Positions 51,421 through 61,188 of a stretch of 64,000 nt of DNA are shown piece by piece (positions within the stretch are counted from its first letter, which is position 1; the number at the start of each line of letters is the position of its first letter). A model generated the notes under the pieces. It did not search any database. It worked only from the letters and a program-made list of their open reading frames with translations, and was not told the DNA's origin. The position numbers and the translations under genes are program-made. Source of the stretch: Alphaproteobacteria bacterium (GTDB taxonomy: Bacteria; Pseudomonadota; Alphaproteobacteria; GCA-2746255); NCBI GenBank assembly GCA_965249135.1, contig OZ252220.1, positions 1,952,001 through 2,016,000 of the forward strand. The letters run 5' to 3'.

Positions 51421-52530
51421 TTAAAAAGGCGTAAATCCAGACTGACCCCCCATACGACGGTAACGGAAAGGGGGCGGCGCCTCGCCAGGCTCGCTTTCCA
51501 CCAAGCGTCTTACCAAGTCGTGGTCTGGGGAAAGTTCACAGACCGGGTCCGTGTTTGCCGCGTTTCCGGTCAACATCAGCGCCTGGCAACGACAGCCCCC
51601 CCAATCGACTTCTCGCCGGTCGCAGGACCGGCAGGGCTCTGGCATCCAGTCGGTACCTCGGAAACGATGGAAGGCGTCCGATTCCAACCAGATATCGGTC
51701 AAACTCCGCTCCCGGACATTGTCGAAGTGAAGGTCGGGGATGGTCTCGGCGGCATGGCACGGAAGCACCTTGCCGGATGGGCTTACATTCAGGAATTGGT
51801 TGCCCCATCCGCCCATGCAGGCCTTTGGCCGCCTCGCATAGTAATCCGGCGGCACGTAATCGATGAGTAGAACCCCCTTCAGCCGCTCTTCCGCCTCCAC
51901 GACGACGGCATTTGCCGCTTCAATCTGCTCACGGCTGGGAAGCAGTGCACGTCGGTTTTCGATGGCCCATCCGTAATATTGGGCATGGGCGATCTCCAGC
52001 CGTCCGGCGCCGAGATCGACGGCAAGATCAATCATTGCGTCCAGCCGCTCCAGATTCTGGCGGTGAAAGACGCAATTGATCGTGAGCGCAAGGCCGGCAT
52101 CGCGAATAAGCCGTGCCACCGTAAGTTTCTTTTTGTGTGCACCTTGTATGCCGGCGATCCGGTCTGCTGGCTCAGCAGAGACGTCCTGAAGACTGAGTTG
52201 AACATGCTCGAGGCCAGCTTTCCTAAGTGCGGCAATCTTCGATTCATCAAGGGGGATGCCAGAAGTGATCAGGTTCGTATAAAGCCCAAGGCCTGTGGCA
52301 TGGCGAACGAGGGTGGAGAGGTCCTTGCGAGCGGCGGGTTCGCCGCCGGAGAAGTGGATTTGATAGGCGCCAAGGGCAGCTGCTTCCTCCACTACCCGGC
52401 ACCATTCCTCCGTTCCTAGTTCGTCGCCTACGCCCTCCAGTGCCAGCGGGTTCGAGCAATATGGGCATTGCAGCGGGCAGCGGTGGGTGAGCTCGGCTAG
52501 CACGGCAAGAGGGGGTGCCGGCGTGTTCAT
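51421..52530 (-). CDS. pqqE: PqqA peptide cyclase (radical SAM/SPASM)
   Basis: LAELTHRCPLQCPYCSNP, QYYGWA, PKACMGGWG, LPCHAA, CRSC...DWGGCRCQA. Confidence 0.97.
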   Translation of the reverse strand: MNTPAPPLAVLAELTHRCPLQCPYCSNPLALEGVGDELGTEEWCRVVEEAAALGAYQIHFSGGEPAARKDLSTLVRHATGLGLYTNLITSGIPLDESKIAALRKAGLEHVQLSLQDVSAEPADRIAGIQGAHKKKLTVARLIRDAGLALTINCVFHRQNLERLDAMIDLAVDLGAGRLEIAHAQYYGWAIENRRALLPSREQIEAANAVVVEAEERLKGVLLIDYVPPDYYARRPKACMGGWGNQFLNVSPSGKVLPCHAAETIPDLHFDNVRERSLTDIWLESDAFHRFRGTDWMPEPCRSCDRREVDWGGCRCQALMLTGNAANTDPVCELSPDHDLVRRLVESEPGEAPPPFRYRRMGGQSGFTPF

Positions 52531-52814
52531 ACCGCAAGGATCCCCTGATCCGCGAGGTCCTGAAGAAGCTCCAATACGTCCTCCCCAACCCTTTCGCTGG
52601 AGGTCTCGTAGCGCTCGGCAAGGGTTGTAACCATAGCAGCAACGGATGAATTCCCATCGCAGAGCTTCAGTACCTCGACCGCGATTTCGTCTGGCACGAG
52701 AAGGCGTTCCGGGGCCAGCACGATCCACCGCCCGCGCTTTTCATCGAAACGAAACCGAACATGCGGCGCAAGTCGTGGCATGGTCTCGGTGTCAAGCACA
52801 CGTCGTTTATTCAT
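52527..52814 (-). CDS. pqqD: PqqD peptide chaperone
   Basis: R.D..R..W.VLAPER, EVL.LCDG, DV...L..L. Confidence 0.95.
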   Translation of the reverse strand: MNKRRVLDTETMPRLAPHVRFRFDEKRGRWIVLAPERLLVPDEIAVEVLKLCDGNSSVAAMVTTLAERYETSSERVGEDVLELLQDLADQGILAV

Positions 52815-53551
52815 GCACCGCTCTCCGGTTGGAAGGCGCCAGGTGGAACCCGTCCGGGATCAACATAGGCATAGGTAAGCGCATCCAGCTGTGTCCACAA
52901 AACGTCACATTTGAAGTGGAGGGCCTGAAGGACGCGTTGCTGGGCTTCTGCCGTTCGTGCTTCCCTCTTCACATAGTCGAGGGCAAAATCGGCGTCCCGC
53001 GTTGCCTGGTCGAGGCGCTTGCGAAAATAGGAAAGCGTCGTCTCATCGATGAAATCGTAGTGTTCCAGCATGCCGGCGATCCGCTCGCGATGGATTTTCG
53101 GCGCGAAGAGTTCCGTCAATGAAGAGGCGATTCCCTCAAGAAGGGATCGCTCGGCGACGAAGTGAACATAGGCTTTCACGGCAAACCGCGTGGCTGGCAG
53201 GACCCCTTGCATGGAGACGACGTCGTCCCGGGGAAGTCCCAGGCCATCCGTCAGTTTCAGCCAACGGGCGATACCCCCCTCGCGTTCCGGCGTCCCGTCG
53301 TGATCCTCGATGCGAACACGCCAGGCGCGTCGGAGTGCCGGGTCCGTCATACGCGAAAGCAGCACGGCATCCTTGATCGGAATGTGCGCTTGATAGCAAT
53401 AGCGGTTAAGTGCCCAAGCCTGCACCTGTCCTTTCCGAAGCTTCCCTCCGTGAAGAAGTGCATGGAAAGGATGCTTGTCATGATAGCGCTCGGCTCCGAT
53501 CGCATGCAGCGCCGCTTCAAGTTCATCCGGTGTCAATGGCACGCCACTCAC
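52811..53551 (-). CDS. pqqC: PQQ synthase
   Basis: RYHDKHPFH, WALNRYCYQ, DHDG, ASSLTELFAP, FKCDVLW.QLDAL. Confidence 0.97.
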   Translation of the reverse strand: MSGVPLTPDELEAALHAIGAERYHDKHPFHALLHGGKLRKGQVQAWALNRYCYQAHIPIKDAVLLSRMTDPALRRAWRVRIEDHDGTPEREGGIARWLKLTDGLGLPRDDVVSMQGVLPATRFAVKAYVHFVAERSLLEGIASSLTELFAPKIHRERIAGMLEHYDFIDETTLSYFRKRLDQATRDADFALDYVKREARTAEAQQRVLQALHFKCDVLWTQLDALTYAYVDPGRVPPGAFQPESGA

Positions 53552-54480
53552 AACTGAATCTCCATGCCGTCATAGGCCACTTCCCAGCCCTTCTCGGTAA
53601 CCGACTCGCGTTCCGGCGAATCATCCATGAGAACAGGGTTCGTATTGTTGAGATGAACGAAGATTTTCCGTTTCACCTCTAACGTCCGAAAGGCGGCAAG
53701 GCTACCTTCTTCACCGGAGATACTCATGTGTCCCATACGCTTTCCCGTCTTTACGCCAGTGCCGGCCGTGACCATTTCATCGTCCTGCCATAGCGTTCCG
53801 TCGAAAAACACAAGGGGCGTCTTACGAAGGCGCTTCGCCAACCCATCGGGGAAGGCCGCGCAGCCCGGTATGTAATAGAAATAACCATCCCCCGTCTCGG
53901 ATGCCACCCGAAGCGCGATGGTGTCTTCCGCAACGCTGCCGAAATCTGGTCCCGCCGTCGGATCCTCCAGATAAAGCGCCACTTTCCCCGGGACGGTGAA
54001 TGCCTCGACGACGAGGCCGGAGGGAGCGCGATCGGCGTTTTCGAGTCGCGTTGGTGTGTCGAGGGTAAATTTTCTCCGGCTCACTACCTCAGGGTTTAGC
54101 GCTTGAAAAATTTGATTTGCATCGAAAGTCCCGTGCACCCTTGCCGTCGCGTAAAGGCTTAACGGTTGCCCCTCACGAAGGGTAAGAAGCCCTGCGATGT
54201 GATCGACATCGGCATTCGTCACCACGACACCGCCAATCGGACTGTGCCTTGCCCCATCCGCTGGATGAAGGGCCGGATTGTCGTTCAGTTGCTGGCGAAG
54301 ATCGGGGGAGGCGTTGAGAAGAAACCAGGGCCCTTCATCCGCGCGCACGGCAAGGGAGGACTGGGTTCTGGGGTGGACTTTCGGATCCCCCGAACGGGCG
54401 CGCTGGCAGACGGGGCAGTTACAGTTCCACTGAGGGAGCCCCCCACCGGCAGCCGATCCCAGAACGAGAATCTGCAACAA
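53548..54480 (-). CDS. pqqB: PqqB metallo-beta-lactamase-fold hydroxylase
   Basis: VLGSAAGGG.PQWNCNC, RTQSS, NASPD, MGHM, HLNNTNP. Confidence 0.97.
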   Translation of the reverse strand: MLQILVLGSAAGGGLPQWNCNCPVCQRARSGDPKVHPRTQSSLAVRADEGPWFLLNASPDLRQQLNDNPALHPADGARHSPIGGVVVTNADVDHIAGLLTLREGQPLSLYATARVHGTFDANQIFQALNPEVVSRRKFTLDTPTRLENADRAPSGLVVEAFTVPGKVALYLEDPTAGPDFGSVAEDTIALRVASETGDGYFYYIPGCAAFPDGLAKRLRKTPLVFFDGTLWQDDEMVTAGTGVKTGKRMGHMSISGEEGSLAAFRTLEVKRKIFVHLNNTNPVLMDDSPERESVTEKGWEVAYDGMEIQL

Positions 54481-54539
54481 CCGGCGCCTCCCGTTGCGAT
54501 GTTTTCTTCGAGGGCTGTGTGAAACTTAAAAGTTTGAAA

Positions 54540-54623
54540 TCAGCCTTCCGCACAGGCGTAGGCGTTGATCTCAAGGCCGATGCGGATCACTTCGATCCGG
54601 GGTTTCTTCCACTGCTTTCGCAT
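54540..54623 (-). CDS. pqqA: PQQ precursor peptide PqqA
   Basis: MRKQWKKPRIEVIRIGLEINAYACAEG, with W.KP and GxEINxY (ExxxY); directly upstream of pqqB. Confidence 0.95.
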   Translation of the reverse strand: MRKQWKKPRIEVIRIGLEINAYACAEG

Positions 54624-54741
54624 ATCTGCTTCCCTGGGCCTTGTCTTCTTTTCGTCTAAGGCCTTTCCATGCAAAGTATGGCCTTTCCGTCTGCAGAGAG
54701 GCAAGGGCTTTATCTGGAGGATGGGGAGGTAAGGTACCGCA

Positions 54742-55746
54742 ATGCTGCGAAGGCAAAGAGCCCAATGGAAAATATTGCTGGTCACGGCGCTTATCCTCGC
54801 CGTTGCGCCTGCCGGAGCCGTGTCCACTCAAGAGGCCACGCCGTTAATCCGGCTTGCCGTCCTGAAATACGGTTCCGTGGCCTGGGAACGCGACGTGATC
54901 GAACACCATGGGCTTGATCGCAAACATGGCTTTACCCTGGATACCGTCGAGCTTGCCGGCACACAGGCCTTGAAGGTTGCGCTCCAGGCGAATCGCGTCG
55001 ATATCATTCTCTCCGATTGGCTCTGGGTTTCCCGCATTCGCCAGATGGGTTCCGATGTTACCTTCGCCCCCTATGGGGCGTGGGCGGGCGGACTCGTGGT
55101 TTCGGCGGACTCCTCGGTCCAAACTCTCGCGGCGTTGCGGGATCGCCGCCTCGGTGTTGCCGGTGGGCCGATCGATAAGAATTGGCTTCTCTTGCGGGCA
55201 TTGGTCGCTCGTGAAGAAGGCATGCGGCTTGTCGAAGCGACGGACGTCGTCTTCGGTGCGCCGCCGCTCTTGCGGATGGAATTACAACAAGGGCGTTTGG
55301 ATGCTGTGCTCACCTATTGGCAAGACGTGGCGAAGCTTCGAATGACCGGATTCCGCCTGCTTATCGACACGGCAGAAGTCGCGAAACGTCTTGGCATTCA
55401 ACGGCGGGTCCCGTTTTTGGGCTATGTCTTCTCGGAAGGGTGGGCGGAGAAGCACCAAAAGACCGTTCTGGGGTTTCTGGCGGCCTCCCGTGAGGCAAAG
55501 GCGATCCTTCGTGATTTGGACGCGGAATGGGACCGGATTGCCCCGCTCACCCGCACACAGAATGAGGCGCAGCTTCATGGCGTACGTGATGCCTATCGGC
55601 GTGGCCTTCTCGATCGCTGGGGAAACGAGGAGCGGACAGCGGCGAAGGCCCTCTTCCGGATTCTTGCTGAAATTGGGGGCGAGCCGTTGACCGGTGGGCA
55701 GGCGGTCCTTGCGGCGGGTACGTTCTGGGCGGAGGACCGATTTTAG
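54742..55746 (+). CDS. NitT/TauT-type ABC transporter substrate-binding protein
   Basis: Signal peptide, LKYGSV.WE, D.I.SDWLWVSR, GVAGGP.DKNW, GAPPLL. Confidence 0.8.
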   Translation: MLRRQRAQWKILLVTALILAVAPAGAVSTQEATPLIRLAVLKYGSVAWERDVIEHHGLDRKHGFTLDTVELAGTQALKVALQANRVDIILSDWLWVSRIRQMGSDVTFAPYGAWAGGLVVSADSSVQTLAALRDRRLGVAGGPIDKNWLLLRALVAREEGMRLVEATDVVFGAPPLLRMELQQGRLDAVLTYWQDVAKLRMTGFRLLIDTAEVAKRLGIQRRVPFLGYVFSEGWAEKHQKTVLGFLAASREAKAILRDLDAEWDRIAPLTRTQNEAQLHGVRDAYRRGLLDRWGNEERTAAKALFRILAEIGGEPLTGGQAVLAAGTFWAEDRF

Positions 55747-55749
55747 GGA

Positions 55750-56499
55750 ATGTTCAGCCTGAAAGAACACGCACCGAGGCTTGCCTCTTTTCTCCTCTTT
55801 CTCCTTCTTTGGGAGGTTGGGGCGGTTGCGTTCGAGAGCCGTCTCCTGCCGCTGCCGGAAGCCGTCTTTTCCGTACTGCTTGACGGCCTGCGAAATGGCG
55901 AAATCCCCTATCATATTGCCATTACGCTTGGACGCGTGGCTGCGAGTTTTGTGCTCGCGATGGCGATCGGGTCTGCCGTCGGCATTGCGATGGGGCAATC
56001 TCGGTTGCTTGATCGGTTGTTTGATAGCTGGCTTGTTTTTTTCCTGAACGTTCCTGCGCTGGTCGTCATTTTGCTGGCCTATGTTTGGTTTGGACTGATC
56101 GAAGCCGCCGCGATCTTGGCCGTTGCCGTGAACAAAATCCCAAACGTTGCCGTTACCTTACGGGAAGGCTCTCGTGCACTTGATCGAGACTACCTTGAAA
56201 TGGCGAGAAGTTTTCACTTGAGTTCCATCCGAACGTTTCGCCATGTGGTTCTCCCGCAACTTTCCCCGTATTTCCTTGCCTCTGCGCGTTCCGGACTGGC
56301 GTTGATCTGGAAGATTGTCCTCGTCGTCGAACTGCTTGGGCGAAGTGATGGGGTCGGCTTTCAATTGCATCTCTATTTTCAACTGTTCGACGTGACTTCC
56401 ATTCTTGCCTACACCCTGGCCTTCATTGCCGTCGTGCTGGTGATCGAAGCGACGGCCCTTCGGCCGCTTGACCGTCGGGCGCTTCGGTGGCGGCGATGA
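55750..56499 (+). CDS. NitT/TauT-type ABC transporter permease
   Basis: TL.RV, EAA-like loop, WKIVLVVELLG..GVG. Confidence 0.85.
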   Translation: MFSLKEHAPRLASFLLFLLLWEVGAVAFESRLLPLPEAVFSVLLDGLRNGEIPYHIAITLGRVAASFVLAMAIGSAVGIAMGQSRLLDRLFDSWLVFFLNVPALVVILLAYVWFGLIEAAAILAVAVNKIPNVAVTLREGSRALDRDYLEMARSFHLSSIRTFRHVVLPQLSPYFLASARSGLALIWKIVLVVELLGRSDGVGFQLHLYFQLFDVTSILAYTLAFIAVVLVIEATALRPLDRRALRWRR

Positions 56500-57245
56500 G
56501 CGGAATCCGGGTCGATGTCCATGCGAAGCACTTTCCGGATACAACCGGGGCCGGGTTGCGGAAGGTCCTCGACACACTCCGTTTTACGGCCGAAAAGGGG
56601 GAATTTCTAGCCATCGTCGGGCCATCCGGCTGCGGCAAGACGACGCTTCTCAACCTGATTGCGGGTCTGGATTTGGCTTACGAGGGCAATGTCGAACTTC
56701 CTCTCGCATCCGGAAAGGACATGCCTGCCATCGGTTATGTCTTTCAAAATCCGCGCCTGCTTCCTTGGCGGACGGTGCTCGAAAACATCCACCTTGTACT
56801 CGAACACCCTGGGAAGAAGGCGGCCCTTGTAGAGGCACTGCTAGAAGAAACCGGTCTCTCGGAATTCCAGGATGCGTACCCTGGGAAACTCTCCCTCGGT
56901 CAATGCCGGCGCGCCGCCATCGTCCGCGCCTTTGCCCCTGAACCGGACCTGCTCCTTATGGATGAACCTTTCGTCTCGCTCGATGCGACGACGGCCGAAC
57001 GGCTTCGCCAGCTCCTTCTGCGAATTTGGCAGGTTCGCCCGACGACAGTTCTGTTCGTCACGCACGATCTGGACGAAGCGATCACGCTTGCCGATCGCAT
57101 TCTCGTTCTTTCGGATATTCCGGCGACGGTGGTGGCGGATGTGCCGGTCACGATTCCACGCGAGAAACGCATGGACGCTGCGTTGATCGATGAATTCCGG
57201 CGCCGTCTTCCTGAATCCAAGGCAACCGGTTCGTCGGATTCCTAA
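56496..57245 (+). CDS. NitT/TauT-type ABC transporter ATP-binding protein
   Basis: GPSGCGKTT, FQ.PRLLPW, LSLG, MDEPF, VTHD. Confidence 0.9.
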   Translation: MSGIRVDVHAKHFPDTTGAGLRKVLDTLRFTAEKGEFLAIVGPSGCGKTTLLNLIAGLDLAYEGNVELPLASGKDMPAIGYVFQNPRLLPWRTVLENIHLVLEHPGKKAALVEALLEETGLSEFQDAYPGKLSLGQCRRAAIVRAFAPEPDLLLMDEPFVSLDATTAERLRQLLLRIWQVRPTTVLFVTHDLDEAITLADRILVLSDIPATVVADVPVTIPREKRMDAALIDEFRRRLPESKATGSSDS

Positions 57246-57249
57246 TGCC

Positions 57250-58053
57250 CTAGGTACCAACCTTCCGCTGCATCATGCCGCGTGCCGGGTTGTAACCAAG
57301 GACGGCGAGGGCTAGGAACAAAACAAAAGTTCCGGTGGTGATGGCGATGGCCCAGAGATTAACCTCGCCGTATAGCGCAAAGCGGATGGTTTCGACTGCA
57401 TGGGTGAACGGGTTGAAGCGGCAAATCTCATAAAGCAACACGCTCGACTCTTGCATTTTCCAAAGCGGGTAAAGTGCGGAAGATAGAAAGAACATCGGGA
57501 AAATCACGAAGTTCATGATACCAGCGAAGTTCTCAAGTTGGCGAATGGCAGACGAAAGCAAAAGCCCAAGTGCACCGAGCATAAGACCAGAAAGGACCAG
57601 TGCTGGAAAGATGGTGACATAGCCAAGGATCGGTGCCTCGATGCCGATCAGCCAGGCAATGCCCAGAAAGGCGTAGACTTGCAGGATCGAGACGAAGGTT
57701 CCCGCCATAAGTTTACAAATTAAGAGATACCATCGGGGCAGCGGGCTTACGAGAAGCGTGCGCATGCTTCCCATTTCCCTGTCGTAAACCATCGAGAGGG
57801 AACTTTGCATGCCGTTGAAGAGTTGGATCATGCCGATGAGACCGGGGACGATATAGACCTCGTAGGTGATATAGGTTTCGTAAGGTGGAATAATCGAAAT
57901 ACCAAGCGCTGCTCGGAAGCCGGCTGCAAAAACGACAAGCCAGATGAGAGGACGAACGAGAGCGGCGAGAAACCGTTCGCGCTGTTGTATGAATCGCAGT
58001 GCCTCGCGGGTCAGAATCCCGATAAAGCAACGGAGGTAATGCATGGCACTCAC
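57250..58053 (-). CDS. ABC-2 permease of the PQQ-alcohol/lanthanide-associated system (PedC/LutF-like)
   Basis: RFLAALVRPLIWL.VFAAGF, LFNGMQSSLSMVYDREMGSM, QLENFAG.MNFVIFP. Confidence 0.88.
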   Translation of the reverse strand: MSAMHYLRCFIGILTREALRFIQQRERFLAALVRPLIWLVVFAAGFRAALGISIIPPYETYITYEVYIVPGLIGMIQLFNGMQSSLSMVYDREMGSMRTLLVSPLPRWYLLICKLMAGTFVSILQVYAFLGIAWLIGIEAPILGYVTIFPALVLSGLMLGALGLLLSSAIRQLENFAGIMNFVIFPMFFLSSALYPLWKMQESSVLLYEICRFNPFTHAVETIRFALYGEVNLWAIAITTGTFVLFLALAVLGYNPARGMMQRKVGT

Positions 58054-58814
58054 GCGGCGCCCTCCATCGGCGTCAGTTTCGTGAAGGCGTCGCCAATCGT
58101 TGCCACGCCAGCCGCTCGAACGACGTCTGCAACCGAGCCCTCGGCCTGAATCCGTCCTTCATGCAGCAAGACGATACGATCGGTGGGTGCAATTTCATCG
58201 ATCAGATGCGTTGCCCAAAGAACGGCGATCCCTTCGTCTTCGCAGAGATGATGAATGTGATCGATGATGGCTTGGCGGGTTGGAACGTCCAGACCGACGG
58301 TAGGTTCGTCTAGTAGAAGAAGGCGCGGCCGGTGAAGGAGTGCGCGGGCGATTTCAACCCGGCGGCGGTGTCCACTGTTGAGTGTCCGGACCTTCTCGTT
58401 TCGACGCTCTTCCATGCCGAGTCGCTGGAGTTCGATTTCGATCCGCGCGAAGACCTCTCGCTTCCGCATGCCACGAAGCGCCGCGTGGTAGCGAAGGTTC
58501 TGCATCACGCTAAGGTCCAAATCCAGCGTCGATTGCTGGAAAACGACCCCCATCTCCGCCAGCGCCGGCAGGGGGGCCGTTTGAACGTTATGACCGCCGA
58601 CGGCGATGGTTCCCTGGCCGGCGTCGTAGAGGCGGGTGATCAGGGAAAAAAGCGTCGTCTTTCCGGCGCCGTTCGGGCCCAAAAGCGCGGTGAACCCACC
58701 CGGCGCAATCGTAAAACCGATGTCGGCAAGGGCTGGTTTCGCGCCATAGCCGAAGCTTATCCCCTCGACGCGAAGAGCCGGCCTTGAACCGCCATTTGGT
58801 TTACGGTCCGACAT
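58050..58814 (-). CDS. ABC ATP-binding protein (PedB/LutE-like)
   Basis: LLGPNGAGKTTLFSLITRLY, FQQ.TLDLDL, GHRRRVE, LDEPTVGLD, WATHL. Confidence 0.88.
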   Translation of the reverse strand: MSDRKPNGGSRPALRVEGISFGYGAKPALADIGFTIAPGGFTALLGPNGAGKTTLFSLITRLYDAGQGTIAVGGHNVQTAPLPALAEMGVVFQQSTLDLDLSVMQNLRYHAALRGMRKREVFARIEIELQRLGMEERRNEKVRTLNSGHRRRVEIARALLHRPRLLLLDEPTVGLDVPTRQAIIDHIHHLCEDEGIAVLWATHLIDEIAPTDRIVLLHEGRIQAEGSVADVVRAAGVATIGDAFTKLTPMEGAA

Positions 58815-59775
58815 CGATCCCCCAGGGATAGCGACCCGTGGCAACGGATTTCCGAACCTTCAGGGCCTCCACATCGATGATGGAGATGTCGTTGCTGACC
58901 CCGTTCGTCGAATAAAGCCACTTTCCGTCCGGCGAGAAGGCAAGATTCCATACCCTGTTGCCGACAAGAAGATATTTCTCCACCTCATAAGTATGACGGT
59001 TCACTACGGCGACGTGATTTGCCGGACCGAGCGCCACGAATGACCGTGAGCCGTCCCCAGAATGAGCAATGCCGACCGGCTGGATCTTCTCGGATTCGAT
59101 GCCAGAGATGGCAAACGCAATTCTTTGGGTAATTTCGTGGGAGGTGCTGTCGATGACATTCACCGTGCCGCCGATCTCGGAGGAAACCCATGCCTCCTTC
59201 GCATCCGGCGTAAAGGCGATGTATCGAGGGCGGCCGTCGACAAGAATGTTCTTGACGACCGTTTGCGTCTCCACCTCGATCCAGTGAACCATGTTTGTGG
59301 TCTCGGAGGTGACGACGGCCCATCGCCCATCCCCGCTTATGCCCACGCCCTCCGGTTCGACTCCGACCGGGATTTCGGCCACGACTTCGCGTTTCTCGAC
59401 GTCGATGACGGTGGCGAGGTTGTCATCTTCATTCGATACATAGAGAAGCCGTCCATTTGGGTGAAGGGCGAAGGTTTCCGGATCATCCCCCGAAGGAAGC
59501 GTATGCGTGATTTTACCCGTCTCCAGATCAAGAACCTGGATCGTATCGTCGTCGCTGGCACAGATGTAAAGCGCCTTCTTGTCGTGGCTTAACGTGATCC
59601 CACGGGGGCGTTGACCGACGGCAATCGTCTGCTTGAGTTCACCTGTCTTGCCATCGAGGATGGCGATCGAATTGTCCTTTTCGTTCGAGACATAGACGGT
59701 CTGAGCGAAAGCCGCATTTGGGACGGAAAGGGCCAATGCCAAAAGTGTGATTCCTAACGCCCGTTTTGCCGCCAT
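58801..59775 (-). CDS. PQQ-catabolism-associated YVTN beta-propeller (PedA2/LutB-like)
   Basis: YVSNEKDN, VGQRPRGI, YICASD, SG.DPE, VGVEPEG, TSETTNM, VALGPAN, G.YPWG. Confidence 0.88.
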   Translation of the reverse strand: MAAKRALGITLLALALSVPNAAFAQTVYVSNEKDNSIAILDGKTGELKQTIAVGQRPRGITLSHDKKALYICASDDDTIQVLDLETGKITHTLPSGDDPETFALHPNGRLLYVSNEDDNLATVIDVEKREVVAEIPVGVEPEGVGISGDGRWAVVTSETTNMVHWIEVETQTVVKNILVDGRPRYIAFTPDAKEAWVSSEIGGTVNVIDSTSHEITQRIAFAISGIESEKIQPVGIAHSGDGSRSFVALGPANHVAVVNRHTYEVEKYLLVGNRVWNLAFSPDGKWLYSTNGVSNDISIIDVEALKVRKSVATGRYPWGIDVGP

Positions 59776-59779
59776 GGTC

Positions 59780-61018
59780 TCACTCTCTGTTCTTGGTCGT
59801 TGAAGTTTTGCAGCTGCTTTCCGGCTCATCGTAACCCAGGGTATCGAGCGTGGTTTCGGGATGCAGGAAACCTTCTTGGGGGGCGGTCGCCACCAGGGCC
59901 TTCGGTGCGGCAAGCAGGATCGGCTGCCGCAGCTGTCGATTCCATTGGCGGAAGGTAAGTTTCCGACCCTTGAAGCCCTGCAGGGCGAAGCTCTCATCCA
60001 GGAGGTGATGGCGGATCGCCCTGAATTCGACGGACTGCGTTCGCGTTGCCGCTTCTCCGATGGCCCGTACGGAAAGCCAGGCTGCGTAATCGATCGCCCG
60101 CATTGGGCGGCCGGTTAGTTTCCTGAAGCGCCGTTGGAGTTGGGTGGCGCCCCATTGCTCATGCGCATGGTGCCAGGCCGTTGGCGTCAATCCCTGTGTG
60201 CCGGCGGTTGGTCGAGGCTCCCAACTGCGGTATGCGAAATATTCACCGAAATCGCCGCGTTCGTCGGCAAGGATTAGGATGTCATAATCCACCCCTTGTG
60301 TGAATACCGGCACCTCGGCCTGCGCCGTTCGCCTGGCGTCATGAGTATAGGTCCAGTTTTTTTCCGCGACGATACGGCCACCGAAGCGATCGGCAGCCCG
60401 CTTAACGGCTTCGGCAAAGCGCATGTCCGCCTTGCTGGGACCGACGACAAGAAACCATCGCGACCAACGTTTACGAATGAGGTATTGCGCAAGGGCATCC
60501 GCCAGCATTGCGCGGCTTGGAAATATATGGAGAAGGTTTGGCCGACACGAACCATTCCGCAAAGCATCGTCCGGCGCACTGGCGTTATAGAGAAGTACAT
60601 CCTTCGCCTCCGGTAGGTCTGCAATCTTGAGAAGCGTGTCTGCGGGAAGATGTGTCACGATATGACGAACGTTGGACGTGACGAGGTCGTGAAACGCGGC
60701 TAACGGATCGCCATCTATCGGTACGACGACTTCTTCAAGCTGGAAATCCTGTTTCAGGAAACTTCCCGTCGTATCGTTATCCCGAAGGGCAAGACGGGCC
60801 CCTTGCATACCAAGATCGCCGGGTTCCGTCTCAAGATTCGAAAGTGCCGGCGGCGCCTCCCTTTCCATCGTTAGAAAGGCAATGCGGACCGTTGCCATAC
60901 CCGTTTTTTCGGCAAAGGCGTGATTTCCAGCAATCGCCAGAGGCAGCAAGCACCACGCCAAGACGGCCAATCCCCGCCTCCAGTGCGATAACCCAGTGAT
61001 TTTTTTACGTTTTATCAG
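59780..61018 (-). CDS. ABC substrate-binding protein of the PQQ-alcohol/lanthanide-associated system (PedA1/LutA-like)
   Basis: DN.TTG.FL.Q, PSRAMLADALAQY, EQWG.TQLQ.RF, QLRQP, LDTLG.D.PE..C; start possibly CTG 61018 (ORF track gives TTG 60970). Confidence 0.85.
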   Translation of the reverse strand: MIKRKKITGLSHWRRGLAVLAWCLLPLAIAGNHAFAEKTGMATVRIAFLTMEREAPPALSNLETEPGDLGMQGARLALRDNDTTGSFLKQDFQLEEVVVPIDGDPLAAFHDLVTSNVRHIVTHLPADTLLKIADLPEAKDVLLYNASAPDDALRNGSCRPNLLHIFPSRAMLADALAQYLIRKRWSRWFLVVGPSKADMRFAEAVKRAADRFGGRIVAEKNWTYTHDARRTAQAEVPVFTQGVDYDILILADERGDFGEYFAYRSWEPRPTAGTQGLTPTAWHHAHEQWGATQLQRRFRKLTGRPMRAIDYAAWLSVRAIGEAATRTQSVEFRAIRHHLLDESFALQGFKGRKLTFRQWNRQLRQPILLAAPKALVATAPQEGFLHPETTLDTLGYDEPESSCKTSTTKNRE

Positions 61019-61188
61019 GAATTCCTCCAGATGATCGGATTGTCGAAAAGGAATCTGCCGCCGTCAAGGCCATCTCCGTCCCGTACTTGGCCTTGAGGGA
61101 TCAAAGTGGAAGCGAGTCTTTCGGAATGGATGCGGAATGGGCTAGCTTATCCAAGGGTAATACCCCTGTTCTCCAGGGCGAAGAAGGC

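Noticed and set aside
54624-54827. 95-aa ORF extension upstream of pqqA
   Set aside because: Overlaps the divergent ABC gene; PqqA starts at ATG 54623.
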